64,000 nucleotides of DNA from a candidate division TA06 bacterium. Its GTDB lineage: Bacteria > Hydrothermota > DG-26 > E44-bin18. The stretch is taken from NCBI GenBank assembly GCA_004376575.1, contig SOJN01000046.1, forward strand, positions 48,709 through 112,708, read 5' to 3'. Each line of letters starts with the position of its first letter. Positions within the stretch are counted from its first letter, which is position 1. Shown here one piece after another: positions 1-8,936 of this stretch. A model generated the notes under the pieces. The model was not told the DNA's origin. It did not search any database and saw only the letters and a list, made by a program, of their open reading frames with translations. Both the position numbers and the translations under genes were made by a program.

Positions 1-720
1 GCTGATGTTGAAGCGGGGGAATATGCCTTTCGCATGTTGAGTGAGGAGCCACCAAGCCCCCCCGAGCTCCTTATTCACGGTCACAAAATGATAGGTCTTG
101 CGTCGGATCCGACAGTGAAGATGATTGGACATGTCCTACTCTGTAAAGGGTATAGAAGACAGAAAGAGTATGAAAGGTTGAAGGATACTGCAATGCAGGC
201 AGTGCTCCGGTGGCCAACCGCTACTGGTGCGGGCTACAAGGAGGACATGCGCGTTGACTACTCCCGGGAGGTTCTTGAGCTAGTAGTCGAATCACTGACT
301 GAAGACCTTGATGACTACGATCAAGCACTCGCTTTCTGTGAGGAGTTAATCTCAGAAACAGAGCACCCCACACTGCACAAGAATCTGCTCTGCGCCAGAG
401 CTCGGCTTCTTGATGTTCTGCAGACCTCGAAAGAAGCTGTTGTCAGTGCTTACCAAGAATGCAACCATTGGAGAGTGCGTAAAAGGTTGAATACCATCCT
501 GTCCTTTCAGGAATACGAAGCCATCATTTCAGTGGGGCAAGTGGCTGTGAAATCGAGGCCGGCCCGTCAAGCAAAGGATCTCTTCATCCTGTCGAAAAGG
601 AACCGCGTGACTGTCCTTTACGAGGATCCCAAGCGTTACGACCAAGAAGACTGGCTGAAGATCCAGGCAAGCGGAGATCGGATTGGGTGGGTGGAGAGAT
701 CCACCTTTACACCAGAATGA
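1..720 (+). CDS. hypothetical protein; 5' end probably lies outside the window
   Basis: The reading frame is open from nt 1 and reaches the track ORF 34..720. No recognisable catalytic motif. Confidence 0.4.
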   Translation, partial: ADVEAGEYAFRMLSEEPPSPPELLIHGHKMIGLASDPTVKMIGHVLLCKGYRRQKEYERLKDTAMQAVLRWPTATGAGYKEDMRVDYSREVLELVVESLTEDLDDYDQALAFCEELISETEHPTLHKNLLCARARLLDVLQTSKEAVVSAYQECNHWRVRKRLNTILSFQEYEAIISVGQVAVKSRPARQAKDLFILSKRNRVTVLYEDPKRYDQEDWLKIQASGDRIGWVERSTFTPE

Positions 721-1645
721 TGGTTCATCACATCTTGACAAGGCTAACAGCGATGTCCTACGAAGAGTTTGTCCGGTGAACTTCCTATGATAATACTGTG
801 ATAAACCAGAATCAAATCCTGTTTACTCTGTGTTAAAGGTCACAAACGTAGCGCGGCGAGCCTGTTACAGAGAGTTAACCCTGAGGGATACCGAAGGGAG
901 ATGCTTCGCTCCGGGTGGCTCCGATCAGCATGAACTCCTGTGAAGTCAAAATCTGCGATAAGCCAAAGGCCGACTTTCTATTATCTTGTCGGCCTTGGAG
1001 TTACGCAAACACCCTGAAATGGATTTCAAATCCACTGCCGACCAGCCTGCCCTTCGGTTTACGAACATAGTGAGCCGGAGGGTTAGGTCTAGCCCTCCAT
1101 AGTCAGAAATTATGATACAGATAGTGCGCCGGCCTGTCAACTTGAATCCCTTCACCATGATGCCTCTAGTTGAGTGCAGAGTGTTGCCTGTCCCCACAGG
1201 CAATTGAAGTTCTGAAGAGAATTTGCGCATAGAAGAATGAAGGGATGAAGAAAAAAGGACCTTTAGGGGACAAAAGGAAGGCTATGGCCTTCATGAAGAA
1301 GCGGTTTCCTTGAGGGGGAGTTCGGACAATCAAAAGACCCTAGCGTCTTGAATGAAGTAGTATATGTCTTGGCTTGGTATAAGCATTCACATATACTCAC
1401 CGATTACTTTGATGTATTCTTTGAAAAATGGATTTGAAAACATGAATCGCCCTTAAAGCTGCGGACGGTGCTTGACTTCTTGACCCGACTACGTCTCTCG
1501 GGGCTTTCCCACTCCGCCTGCATGACTCCGTGGGATTTTGCGTGGGGCTTCGCTACCTGGGGTCAGAGCTTCAATTTCGACATCTGAGGTCTGACCCCAT
1601 ATCGGTTCCAGCTGAGATGGGGTGGATTTTAGGTGAATATCCTAC

Positions 1646-1673
1646 TTGACAGGATTCGCTAATTCTGTACAAT
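1646..1673 (+). promoter_or_regulatory. sigma-70-type promoter (TTGACA-16-TACAAT)
   Basis: Near-consensus -35 TTGACA at 1646-1651 and -10 TACAAT at 1668-1673, upstream of the 1856 ORF. Confidence 0.4.
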
Positions 1674-1855
1674 ACTGGGCAAGCAGAGAAAGCCTGAGAT
1701 CAGAGATGTAAGTACCTGCCCATAACCAGCCTTGAGGACATGGTGTAGTCCGTCCGGAGAGGAGAAGTCTCTCCAGGAATTTGGGCCAACTGAGTTGGCA
1801 TCAACATGAGCTTTCGGTCGGTCAGAACCACGAGCGGAACAAAACGGGGGTGAGC

Positions 1856-2260
1856 ATGGTCCCTTACGGCAATAGGGGCAAGAACAGAGGCAGAGGAAAA
1901 CGTAAGGATAAGAAGAAAAAGCAGAGGCCAAAGCAGAGGAAGAGGCGGATAAGAACGAGCAAGGTCGTAACCAGAGAACAGGAGCTGAGGTTCGTCGCAG
2001 ATCTGGAGAAACGCAGTGGTAAGCCAATTTCGGAGTGGTTTGAGATCCTGAGGAAATTCGATCCTCAGAAGAAGCTCCTTCAGGAAGAGCTTGGCTCACA
2101 TCTCGCAAGTAACTTCAGAGTTGGTAAGTGGGATGGAAAACTGATTGCATTCTACTACCAACATCCTGAAAGACTGGAACCACCTGTCGAGGTTGAATCG
2201 CCAGCATCGGATCCCGACAAAGCCGCCTGCGCTTCTCAACCACCCGACGCCAACAGCTAG
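1856..2260 (+). CDS. hypothetical protein with a KR-rich basic N-terminus and a DUF4287-like C-terminal region
   Basis: ATG at 1856 is preceded by GGGGGTGA. The motif SGKPISEWFEILRKF...LGSHLASNFRVGKWDGKLIAFYYQHPE resembles the DUF4287 pattern as I remember it. The 5' part of track ORF 1781.. probably is not coding. Confidence 0.4.
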   Translation: MVPYGNRGKNRGRGKRKDKKKKQRPKQRKRRIRTSKVVTREQELRFVADLEKRSGKPISEWFEILRKFDPQKKLLQEELGSHLASNFRVGKWDGKLIAFYYQHPERLEPPVEVESPASDPDKAACASQPPDANS

Positions 2261-2332
2261 CTCCGGCGGTCAGGACCGACTGCGCTTCTTCACCACACGA
2301 TCCCAACAACCAGCTTCGGCGGTCAGGGCCTT
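2227..2332. repeat. imperfect 53-bp tandem duplication (2 copies) spanning the stop codon of the upstream ORF
   Basis: ctgcgcttctcaaccacccgacgccaacagctagctccggcggtcaggaccga is followed by ctgcgcttcttcaccacacgatcccaacaaccagcttcggcggtcagggcctt. Confidence 0.5.
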
Positions 2333-2477
2333 CTAGGGGAGCCGCGAATTCGTGGGCGGAAAGGACCAACAGCATGGCTGCCTTTAGATTTCCTTCTGCA
2401 ATTTGAAGTTTGAGGTTTGTAGTTTGGGATTTGATATTTTGTAAGATGGAGACTGTGTTCTTAACCGGAACACTTAC

Positions 2478-3635
2478 ATGAAAATCCGAACAATAACGAC
2501 GTTCAGTAACCTGTCATACCCGGCCAAACCCGATGAGTTGGAGAATATTGCGAGTTTCAACAAAAGGGCAAAGCGGCTCCTGGAGGATCGAGGATTTGAG
2601 GTGCAGGAGACGCGGATTGCCACCAACTTCTTCGAGGGTGCCAGGCTGAATCTGAGTTACGAGGATGTGCTTCCGTGGGTGATCAACATCCAATCCATCT
2701 GTGACAGCTGTGGCATCGACTTCGTCAGCCTGGGGACGATAAGACCCGGAGTGAAGCCATCAGTCTACGAACTGATACCTGAGATAATATCTGAGACAGA
2801 AACCGTTTCTCTTTGTGTTTCTCTGACTCTGCCCGGTAGAGGGCCAGTCGCACACGCGGTCAGAGAGGCTGCGGCGGCGATTAAGCGAATCTCAGAGCGG
2901 ACTGAGCGTGGGGCTGGAAATTTCAGATTCGGGGTTGTTGCCAACTGCCCTCCTTTCGTTCCCTTCTTTCCTTCGGGGTACCACGACGGTGGGCATCCCC
3001 ATTTTTCGGTAGGGTTCGAGTCTGGGGGCAGCCTCTATGCTGTTGCCCACCAGGCACCAAACGCAGAGGCCGCAGTTGCTATTCTCCTGGGAGAGATGGA
3101 GTTTGAGTTGGAAAAGGTCGGGGCAGCTTGTGAAGAGCTTTCCAGATCGGAAAGGATTGACTTTGCGGGAGCGGACATTTCTTTGAACCCCGGAGTTCTG
3201 GAGACGGAGAGCATCTGCTTGGCTGTGGAGAAGCTTGCAGGAGGAACGCTCGGGTGCTCCGGGACGCTAAGGATAGTGGCCATGCTGGTTGATGCTTTGG
3301 GCAAAGTGGAAATCGACATGTGTGGATATTCTGGCATTTTTCTTCCGGTCCTGGAGGACTATGGTCTAGTTAAAAGGGCGAATGAAGGAAAAATGAGCCT
3401 TGCGCTTCTTCTGGCCATATCTGCGGTATGTGGCGCGGGGTTGGATGCTATCCCACTGCCTGGAGATATTTCACTCGAAAAACTCGAGGCGATTCTCTTT
3501 GATGTTGCTGCTCTGAGTTCAAGAACAGGCAAGCCTCTATCAGCAAGACTCCTTCCAGCTCCCGGGAAAGGGGTTGGGGAGAAGACCGAGTTTGGCATTC
3601 CGTTTCTTATAGATTGCGCTACTATTGCACCTTGA
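2478..3635 (+). CDS. UPF0210/DUF711-like conserved hypothetical protein
   Basis: 385-aa ORF with coding-like composition. The N-terminus MKIRTITTFSNL resembles the UPF0210 family start as recalled. The family assignment is tentative. Confidence 0.5.
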   Translation: MKIRTITTFSNLSYPAKPDELENIASFNKRAKRLLEDRGFEVQETRIATNFFEGARLNLSYEDVLPWVINIQSICDSCGIDFVSLGTIRPGVKPSVYELIPEIISETETVSLCVSLTLPGRGPVAHAVREAAAAIKRISERTERGAGNFRFGVVANCPPFVPFFPSGYHDGGHPHFSVGFESGGSLYAVAHQAPNAEAAVAILLGEMEFELEKVGAACEELSRSERIDFAGADISLNPGVLETESICLAVEKLAGGTLGCSGTLRIVAMLVDALGKVEIDMCGYSGIFLPVLEDYGLVKRANEGKMSLALLLAISAVCGAGLDAIPLPGDISLEKLEAILFDVAALSSRTGKPLSARLLPAPGKGVGEKTEFGIPFLIDCATIAP

Positions 3636-3819
3636 GGAACTGCAAACTATAAGCTATCGAAGATCCTGTCTGCCGGGGCCGTTTCACGGCCTCGCGAGCA
3701 CTTCGCTCTGCTCAGCATAAACTCCGTCGAGGGGAGCGTTGTCGAAGGACGAACTGGAAATGCGAACTGGTCAGCTGTCTTGAGCTCTCAGGCGTAGGTT
3801 GTGGAAAAGGCAGCAAACC

Positions 3820-3936
3820 TTTGGAGTCTATGATTTGGGATTTGTTTCGAAGTTGGAATTTGTCTTGAGTTTGGGATTTGGGTTATTGGTTATTGGTCAT
3901 TGTTTGGAAATCGGGAATTGGAATTTGTGATTTGCT
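3820..3936 (+). repeat. array of TTGG(G/A)A(T/A)TTG, GGA-containing short repeats in the gltX leader
   Basis: At least 8 copies: gatttgggatttg, agttggaatttg, gtttgggatttggg, tttggaaatcgggaattggaatttgtg. Similar units occur at 2396-2440 and 54711-54762. Confidence 0.5.
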
Positions 3937-5395
3937 TTCTAGAAGGGGGCTGCATCTGTCAACAGTCAGAGTGAGGCTTGGGCCGAGTCCCACAGGCTAT
4001 CTCCATGTAGGTACCGCCAGGATAGCATTGTACAATTGGTTATACGCCAAACAGAAAGACGGCACGTTTATACTGAGGATTGAGGACACGGATTTCGCCA
4101 GATCGAGCAAAGACATGACCGAGAAAGTCCTCGTGGGCCTTGAGTGGCTCGGCCTGAAATGGGGAGAAGGGCCATACTACCAGTCACAAAGGCTCGAGCT
4201 CTATTCTGAATACAAAGAGAAGCTCATCCAGACTGACACGACCTATTACTGCTATTGCTCTCCCGAGGAACTGGCGTCAAGGAAAGCGGCTACCCTCAGG
4301 CAGAAGAAGCCGTGGAAGTATGACAGAAAGTGTCTGAGGCTGTCTGCAGATGAGAGGGAAGCGCTCGACTCAAAGGGTGTGCCAAAGGCGCTTCGCTTTC
4401 GTGTTGCTGAAGGCAGGACCTCTTTTGAGGATGGAGTTCACGGCCATCTGGAAAAAGACAACTCGGACATAGAAGATTTCATTTTGGTGAGATCGGACGG
4501 CGTTCCTACCTACAATTTTGCTGTGGTTATCGATGATCACGACATGGGGATAACGCATGTCATAAGAGGCGTCGACCATCTTTCAAACACTTTCAAACAA
4601 GTTCTGATTTTTGACGCCTTGAGTTTATCCAGGCCTCTGTTCTACCATCAGCCGCTGATACTTGCAGAGGATAAGTCTAAGCTCTCGAAGAGACACGGAG
4701 CAGTCTCGGTTATGGAGCTCAAAGAGGCAGGGTATCTTCCAGAAGCACTCATTAACTTCTTGGCTCTGCTTGGATGGTCTCCCGGAACCGGTGAAGAAAT
4801 CTTCAGTACGGATGATCTCATCAGGGAGTTCTCATTTGATAGGGTGATAAAAAGGGGTGCTGTATTCGACAGGGAAAAGTTGGAGTGGATGAACGGTCAG
4901 TACATAAACCGGATGGAACCGGATGAACTCTTTGACGCAGCACTTCCTTTTCTGAAAAGCGGTGGGTTGGTAGACGATAGAATGGCGGCAGAAAAGAGGG
5001 AGTGGATAGTGAAGGTTCTCAACCTTCTGAAAGAGAGAGCGAGGACTCTAAGAGATTTCGTAACCCTGGGGCAGTATTTCTTTGCAGACCAGTTCAGCTA
5101 TGATGAGAAGGGAGTTAAGAAGCACTTCAGTGACGCTGATGTTGGGGAAAGACTTAAATCACTGAGAAATGCGTTTTCTTCTGCGTCCTCATATTCCAAA
5201 GAAGATGTTGAAACTCTCTTGAGGGGTCTGGCTGAGAAACTGGGAGTAAAGGCTGCCAGACTCATTCATCCTGCCAGAATGGCTGTGACAGGACTTCAGG
5301 TGGGTCCGGGCCTGTTTGAAATCATGGAACTCCTGGGCAAGGAGAGAGTAGTCGATAGACTTGACAGGGCTGTCGAATTTATACATAATCTATGA
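3878..5395 (+). CDS. gltX: glutamate--tRNA ligase (class I aaRS)
   Basis: Both class I signatures are present in the order and spacing expected for GluRS: HIGH as PSPTGYLHVGTA and KMSKS as KLSKRHG. The first about 25 codons translate a GT-rich repeat region, so the true start is probably downstream, for example CTG 3950. Confidence 0.9.
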   Translation: MGYWLLVIVWKSGIGICDLLSRRGLHLSTVRVRLGPSPTGYLHVGTARIALYNWLYAKQKDGTFILRIEDTDFARSSKDMTEKVLVGLEWLGLKWGEGPYYQSQRLELYSEYKEKLIQTDTTYYCYCSPEELASRKAATLRQKKPWKYDRKCLRLSADEREALDSKGVPKALRFRVAEGRTSFEDGVHGHLEKDNSDIEDFILVRSDGVPTYNFAVVIDDHDMGITHVIRGVDHLSNTFKQVLIFDALSLSRPLFYHQPLILAEDKSKLSKRHGAVSVMELKEAGYLPEALINFLALLGWSPGTGEEIFSTDDLIREFSFDRVIKRGAVFDREKLEWMNGQYINRMEPDELFDAALPFLKSGGLVDDRMAAEKREWIVKVLNLLKERARTLRDFVTLGQYFFADQFSYDEKGVKKHFSDADVGERLKSLRNAFSSASSYSKEDVETLLRGLAEKLGVKAARLIHPARMAVTGLQVGPGLFEIMELLGKERVVDRLDRAVEFIHNL

Positions 5396-5431
5396 TCTAA
5401 GATCTCAGATCTAAGATCTGGGATCTGAGAT
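5395..5431. repeat. AGATCT-rich direct repeat, copy 1, 5' of tRNA-Glu
   Basis: atctaagatctcagatctaagatctgggatctgagat begins at the gltX stop codon. It is about 85% identical to copy 2 at 5561-5596. Confidence 0.55.
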
Positions 5432-5478
5432 ACAGAAATGCGCTGGAGAAGTTTCAGCGCTGTAGTGTGCCGTTAAGT

Positions 5479-5556
5479 GGCCCCATCGTCCAGCCCGGCC
5501 TAGGACATCTGGTTCTCAGCCAGGAGACAGGGGTTCAAATCCCCTTGGGGCTACCA
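5479..5556 (+). tRNA. tRNA-Glu (anticodon CUC)
   Basis: Cloverleaf folded by hand: 7-bp acceptor stem ggcccca/tggggct, D stem gtcc/ggac, anticodon stem tctgg/ccagg, loop ttCTCag, T arm agggg-ttcaaat-cccct, encoded CCA at 5554-5556. Confidence 0.8.
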
Positions 5557-5560
5557 GTAC

Positions 5561-5596
5561 ATCTAAGATCTCAGATCTATGATCTAGGATCTCGTC
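5561..5596. repeat. AGATCT-rich direct repeat, copy 2, 3' of tRNA-Glu
   Basis: atctaagatctcagatctatgatctaggatctcgtc. Confidence 0.55.
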
Positions 5597-5743
5597 TTCG
5601 GTCGCTGGCGAAGAGTTGTTAGCCAATAGATCCAAGATATAAGACATAAGATGTAAGATTCTGTGTTTCATTATAGGTTCCCATTCATAAGTTTGGATTG
5701 TGTAGGGGCTTAGAGGCGGGTGGATGTTGCCGGCTGTGGTGCG

Positions 5744-5772
5744 TTGACAGGCGGTTTTTTTCATGTTAACAT
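5744..5772 (+). promoter_or_regulatory. sigma-70-type promoter (TTGACA-17-TAACAT)
   Basis: Consensus -35 and a good -10, 22 nt upstream of the M1 peptidase start. RBS AAGGAGAAG precedes the ATG. Confidence 0.4.
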
Positions 5773-5793
5773 GCCACTGAACAAAAAGGAGAA

Positions 5794-7794
5794 GTGATGA
5801 AAACCCTGGCCGTAGCGTTGGGACTTGTTCTCGTGTCGGTCACCCTAGGGATATCTTCTGAGCGACCGGAGAGGTGGAAGATGAGGGATAAATTTCACCA
5901 GATGGAGGCTCACCGTGCTTGCGTTGTGTCGAAGCCAGATTCCCTTCATGACTTTGATGTTCTCAAATATGACCTGAGCATAAGTTTCGATCTGGTCGCA
6001 CAGACCCTCACCGGGACAACGGGAGTGCTCATAAGGAGCGAAGTAGCCGATCTGGACAGCATCTTCCTGCATCTTGTGCAATTGACCGTGGATAGTATCT
6101 GGATGATGGACAGGAACTTGCCTTTCGGTCACAGTGCTGGAGTCATAGAAATAGGTTTGGATTCGACAATTCCTGCGGGCGACACATTCCAGGTAAACAT
6201 TGCCTATCAAGGCCACCCGGCTCACGAAGCATGGGGCGGTTTTTGGTTTACGTCAAAGGCTGCTTTCAACTTGGGTGTAGGACTGAACACTGACCCACCT
6301 TCGATGGGAAGGTACTGGTTCCCCTGCTACGATGTCCCGAATGACAAGGCAGAGTTTGATATGTCCTATACTGTACCGCTGGGTAAGGTCGCGGTTTCCA
6401 ACGGGATTCTTGTTGACACAATCCCTGACTACCCAGAGAGTACCATGACCTATGTCTGGTCAGAACACCATCCAACTTCGACCTATCTTGTCGCCGTGTC
6501 TATATCAGACTACGTGGTCGTACCAGATTCGGTCTACGCCTGGATCTACAATTATGTGTATCCTGAAGATTCAAGCAAGGCGGTAACCAGTTTCCGCAAC
6601 GTGCACAGGATGATGGATGCGTATGAAACCTTCTTTTCTCCGTATCATTTTGATAAGTTCTCCTTTGTGGAGACACCGAAGGGTGATATGGAACATCAGA
6701 CATGTGTGTCACACTACTATTTGTGCATAAACGGGGGCAACAACTACGATTGGTTACTAGCTCACGAACTTTCCCACCAGTGGTGGGGTGATTGGGTTAC
6801 GATTGCGGACTGGCGAGATATTTGGCTGAATGAAGGGTTTGCCACATACTGTGAGGCGATTTATCAAGAATACATCGGTGGCTGGAATGCGTACCACAAT
6901 TATGTGGTGAATAGTATCATGAACTATTACCTTGCTTCCGGAGAGCTGTTTCCCATATATGACCCCCAGGAAATGTGGGGGGCGACATCATACGAAAAAG
7001 GAGCTTCGGTTTTGCATATGCTCAGACATGTTATCACCGATTCTATCTTCTTCGATGCTCTCAACAGTTATGGCGACAAATATGCCTATGGTAATGTTGT
7101 GACACCAAACTTCCAGGCGGTTTGCGAGTCTGTATATGGTCAAGACCTTGACTGGTTTTTCGACCAGTGGATATATGATTGGGAGTATCCCAAGTATGTC
7201 TACAGCTACTGGCAGTCTGGAGTGGATACAGTAAGGGTTGTCGTTACACAGGAGCAGACAATAGGTCCCGTATTTGTGATGCCCGTAGATTTCAGAGTGG
7301 GTACTTCAACGGGAGATACCGTAGTCGTTGGCTGGGTAGATGAATCTCCTGAGAGTTTGACTTTTGCTTTTGAAGGTGCAAATACGGACAGCTTCGCATT
7401 CGATCCAGATGACTGGATCTTGAAGCTCGTCCGCAATGAGCCGGGCATCGCAGAAAGGCAAAATGCATACGGTCGTCAGGGAGAAAAAGCGCATATCGCT
7501 GTCTCGCCAAACCCGTTCGCCAGAAGCATTAAGCTCACGCTGGTCTCAAAGATGGGTACCCAATCCGAGGACGCTGTCTCTCTTTACATCTACGATATCA
7601 CAGGACAGTTGGTCAAGACTTTCCACATGGGTGGGGACGGTGAAGACAGCGGAGAAGTTGCACCTGGCTACTGTCACACTCTGGTCTGGGACGGGAAAGA
7701 TGATAGAGGCAATGGACTTCCCAGCGGAGTCTATTTCTGCAGGTTCAACTCCCGCCACGGAAGTGTCTCCTCCAAGTTGATCTTTTTGAGGTGA
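5794..7794 (+). CDS. secreted M1-family zinc aminopeptidase with a T9SS-type C-terminal sorting domain
   Basis: Signal peptide MMKTLAVALGLVLVSV. Gluzincin motif HELSHQWWGD-x18-E (LNEGFATY). The C-terminus VSLYIYDITGQLVKTF...VWDGKDDRGNGLPSGVYFCRF is a typical Por-secretion CTD. Confidence 0.85.
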   Translation: MMKTLAVALGLVLVSVTLGISSERPERWKMRDKFHQMEAHRACVVSKPDSLHDFDVLKYDLSISFDLVAQTLTGTTGVLIRSEVADLDSIFLHLVQLTVDSIWMMDRNLPFGHSAGVIEIGLDSTIPAGDTFQVNIAYQGHPAHEAWGGFWFTSKAAFNLGVGLNTDPPSMGRYWFPCYDVPNDKAEFDMSYTVPLGKVAVSNGILVDTIPDYPESTMTYVWSEHHPTSTYLVAVSISDYVVVPDSVYAWIYNYVYPEDSSKAVTSFRNVHRMMDAYETFFSPYHFDKFSFVETPKGDMEHQTCVSHYYLCINGGNNYDWLLAHELSHQWWGDWVTIADWRDIWLNEGFATYCEAIYQEYIGGWNAYHNYVVNSIMNYYLASGELFPIYDPQEMWGATSYEKGASVLHMLRHVITDSIFFDALNSYGDKYAYGNVVTPNFQAVCESVYGQDLDWFFDQWIYDWEYPKYVYSYWQSGVDTVRVVVTQEQTIGPVFVMPVDFRVGTSTGDTVVVGWVDESPESLTFAFEGANTDSFAFDPDDWILKLVRNEPGIAERQNAYGRQGEKAHIAVSPNPFARSIKLTLVSKMGTQSEDAVSLYIYDITGQLVKTFHMGGDGEDSGEVAPGYCHTLVWDGKDDRGNGLPSGVYFCRFNSRHGSVSSKLIFLR

Positions 7795-7797
7795 ATC

Positions 7798-8547
7798 ATG
7801 GCTCGAACCAGGCGTAGTAGTACCACGGCCATTGAGATTGCCGAATCAAGGAGTCAGATGGAGAAGAACCTTGAGAAATTGAGGACCTATCTCGCCGACC
7901 CTGACAAGTTGGATTCCAGAACGAAGTCCGGGCTGGAATCCTACCTGAAAAAGTTCGAGGAAAAGGCGGCTGAGCTTGATTCAGAACTGACCGAAAGCCT
8001 CAAGAATGAAATGGCTCAGAAGTTCCCTTTCCGAGAGATGACTATGCGCAGTCTGGTCAGTTTTTTTTCCAAAAGGGGACTGATACGGCCGGAGCACTGG
8101 CCACCCGTGAGAGAAGTACTGCGGGAGACAGGTTTTGGGGGGATCGAACTGGAAAAAGTGAGGCTGAACTTGACTGCTTTTGAAGAGGATCCTGTATACC
8201 TGATAGTCCTGTGGCTTGAAAACCGTCGCGGCACGAGGAACATCCTCGACCGTGTGGCCAAAACAAGACTGGATGCTATAGCAGAGCGTGTGAGAGAAAG
8301 GGCGACACATCCACTCACTCCCGTTTTGCTGGCGAGCATCCCTCTTCTCTTCGAGAACCCTGAAATGAGTTTCCTCAAGCAACTTCTGGACAACCCCGAA
8401 GAGTTGTCCGGGGAGGAGAAGGCGAGATTCAAGGAACTCTATCACCTTGCGATGAAAGGGGAGAGGGTTGAGCTGGGGGCCATTGTTGCCAAGGTGATAG
8501 ATGCCCATTCAGAGCTGATGACAAAAGCGAAGTTCTCGATAATGTAG
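7798..8547 (+). CDS. hypothetical protein
   Basis: 249-aa ORF starting 3 nt after the M1 peptidase stop. No recognisable domain. Confidence 0.55.
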   Translation: MARTRRSSTTAIEIAESRSQMEKNLEKLRTYLADPDKLDSRTKSGLESYLKKFEEKAAELDSELTESLKNEMAQKFPFREMTMRSLVSFFSKRGLIRPEHWPPVREVLRETGFGGIELEKVRLNLTAFEEDPVYLIVLWLENRRGTRNILDRVAKTRLDAIAERVRERATHPLTPVLLASIPLLFENPEMSFLKQLLDNPEELSGEEKARFKELYHLAMKGERVELGAIVAKVIDAHSELMTKAKFSIM

Positions 8548-8757
8548 CTGTACTCTATGCGCTGTACGCTTTGCAATAGCTATTAGCCATCAGCTGTCAG
8601 CTAAGACGAAAACAAGACGGTAAGATGTAAGACATGAGATGGCTGTAAAGGATTTGCTTTTCGGGGTTTGACCCCGACTGGAGGTTTGTAGTAATATTGA
8701 TGTGTAGTGGTGCGGTGTGTACGTCGGGTGCGGAGTTTGTGTATCGTTCGGGTTTTG

Positions 8758-8787
8758 CTTGACATAGGTCAAATCCTCTGATAAGAT
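8758..8787 (+). promoter_or_regulatory. sigma-70-type promoter for tRNA-Gln (TTGACA-18-TAAGAT)
   Basis: The -35 and -10 boxes place the transcription start about 6 nt before the mature tRNA 5' end. Confidence 0.4.
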
Positions 8788-8800
8788 TCTTGAAGTAGAT

Positions 8801-8871
8801 TGGGGAGTCGTCCAGCGGCAGGACACGTGACTCTGGATCACGGTACTGGGGTTCGAATCCCTGCTCCCCAG
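8801..8871 (+). tRNA. tRNA-Gln (anticodon CUG)
   Basis: Acceptor stem tggggag/ctcccca with U1:A72 and G73 discriminator, which is the tRNA-Gln identity pattern. D stem gtcc/ggac, anticodon stem cgtga/tcacg, loop ctCTGga, T loop ttcgaat. No CCA is encoded. Confidence 0.8.
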
Positions 8872-8936
8872 GCACGTGGTGGTTCTTGCCTGCCGGCTGG
8901 GTATTCATTCTTGGCTTCACTTTTCTGGAGGAGAAG

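Noticed and set aside
1005-1045. tRNA-like T-arm resemblance (ggatttcaaatcc)
   Set aside because: No 7-nt T-loop, no acceptor or anticodon arms can be folded around it on either strand.
946-1230. 94-aa minus-strand ORF in the gene-poor region
   Set aside because: No RBS, no motif. Probably non-coding.
5516-5764. Minus-strand ORF overlapping tRNA-Glu, and ORFs 8597..9154 and 8838..9377 overlapping tRNA-Gln
   Set aside because: They run antisense across tRNA genes and strong promoters. Spurious.
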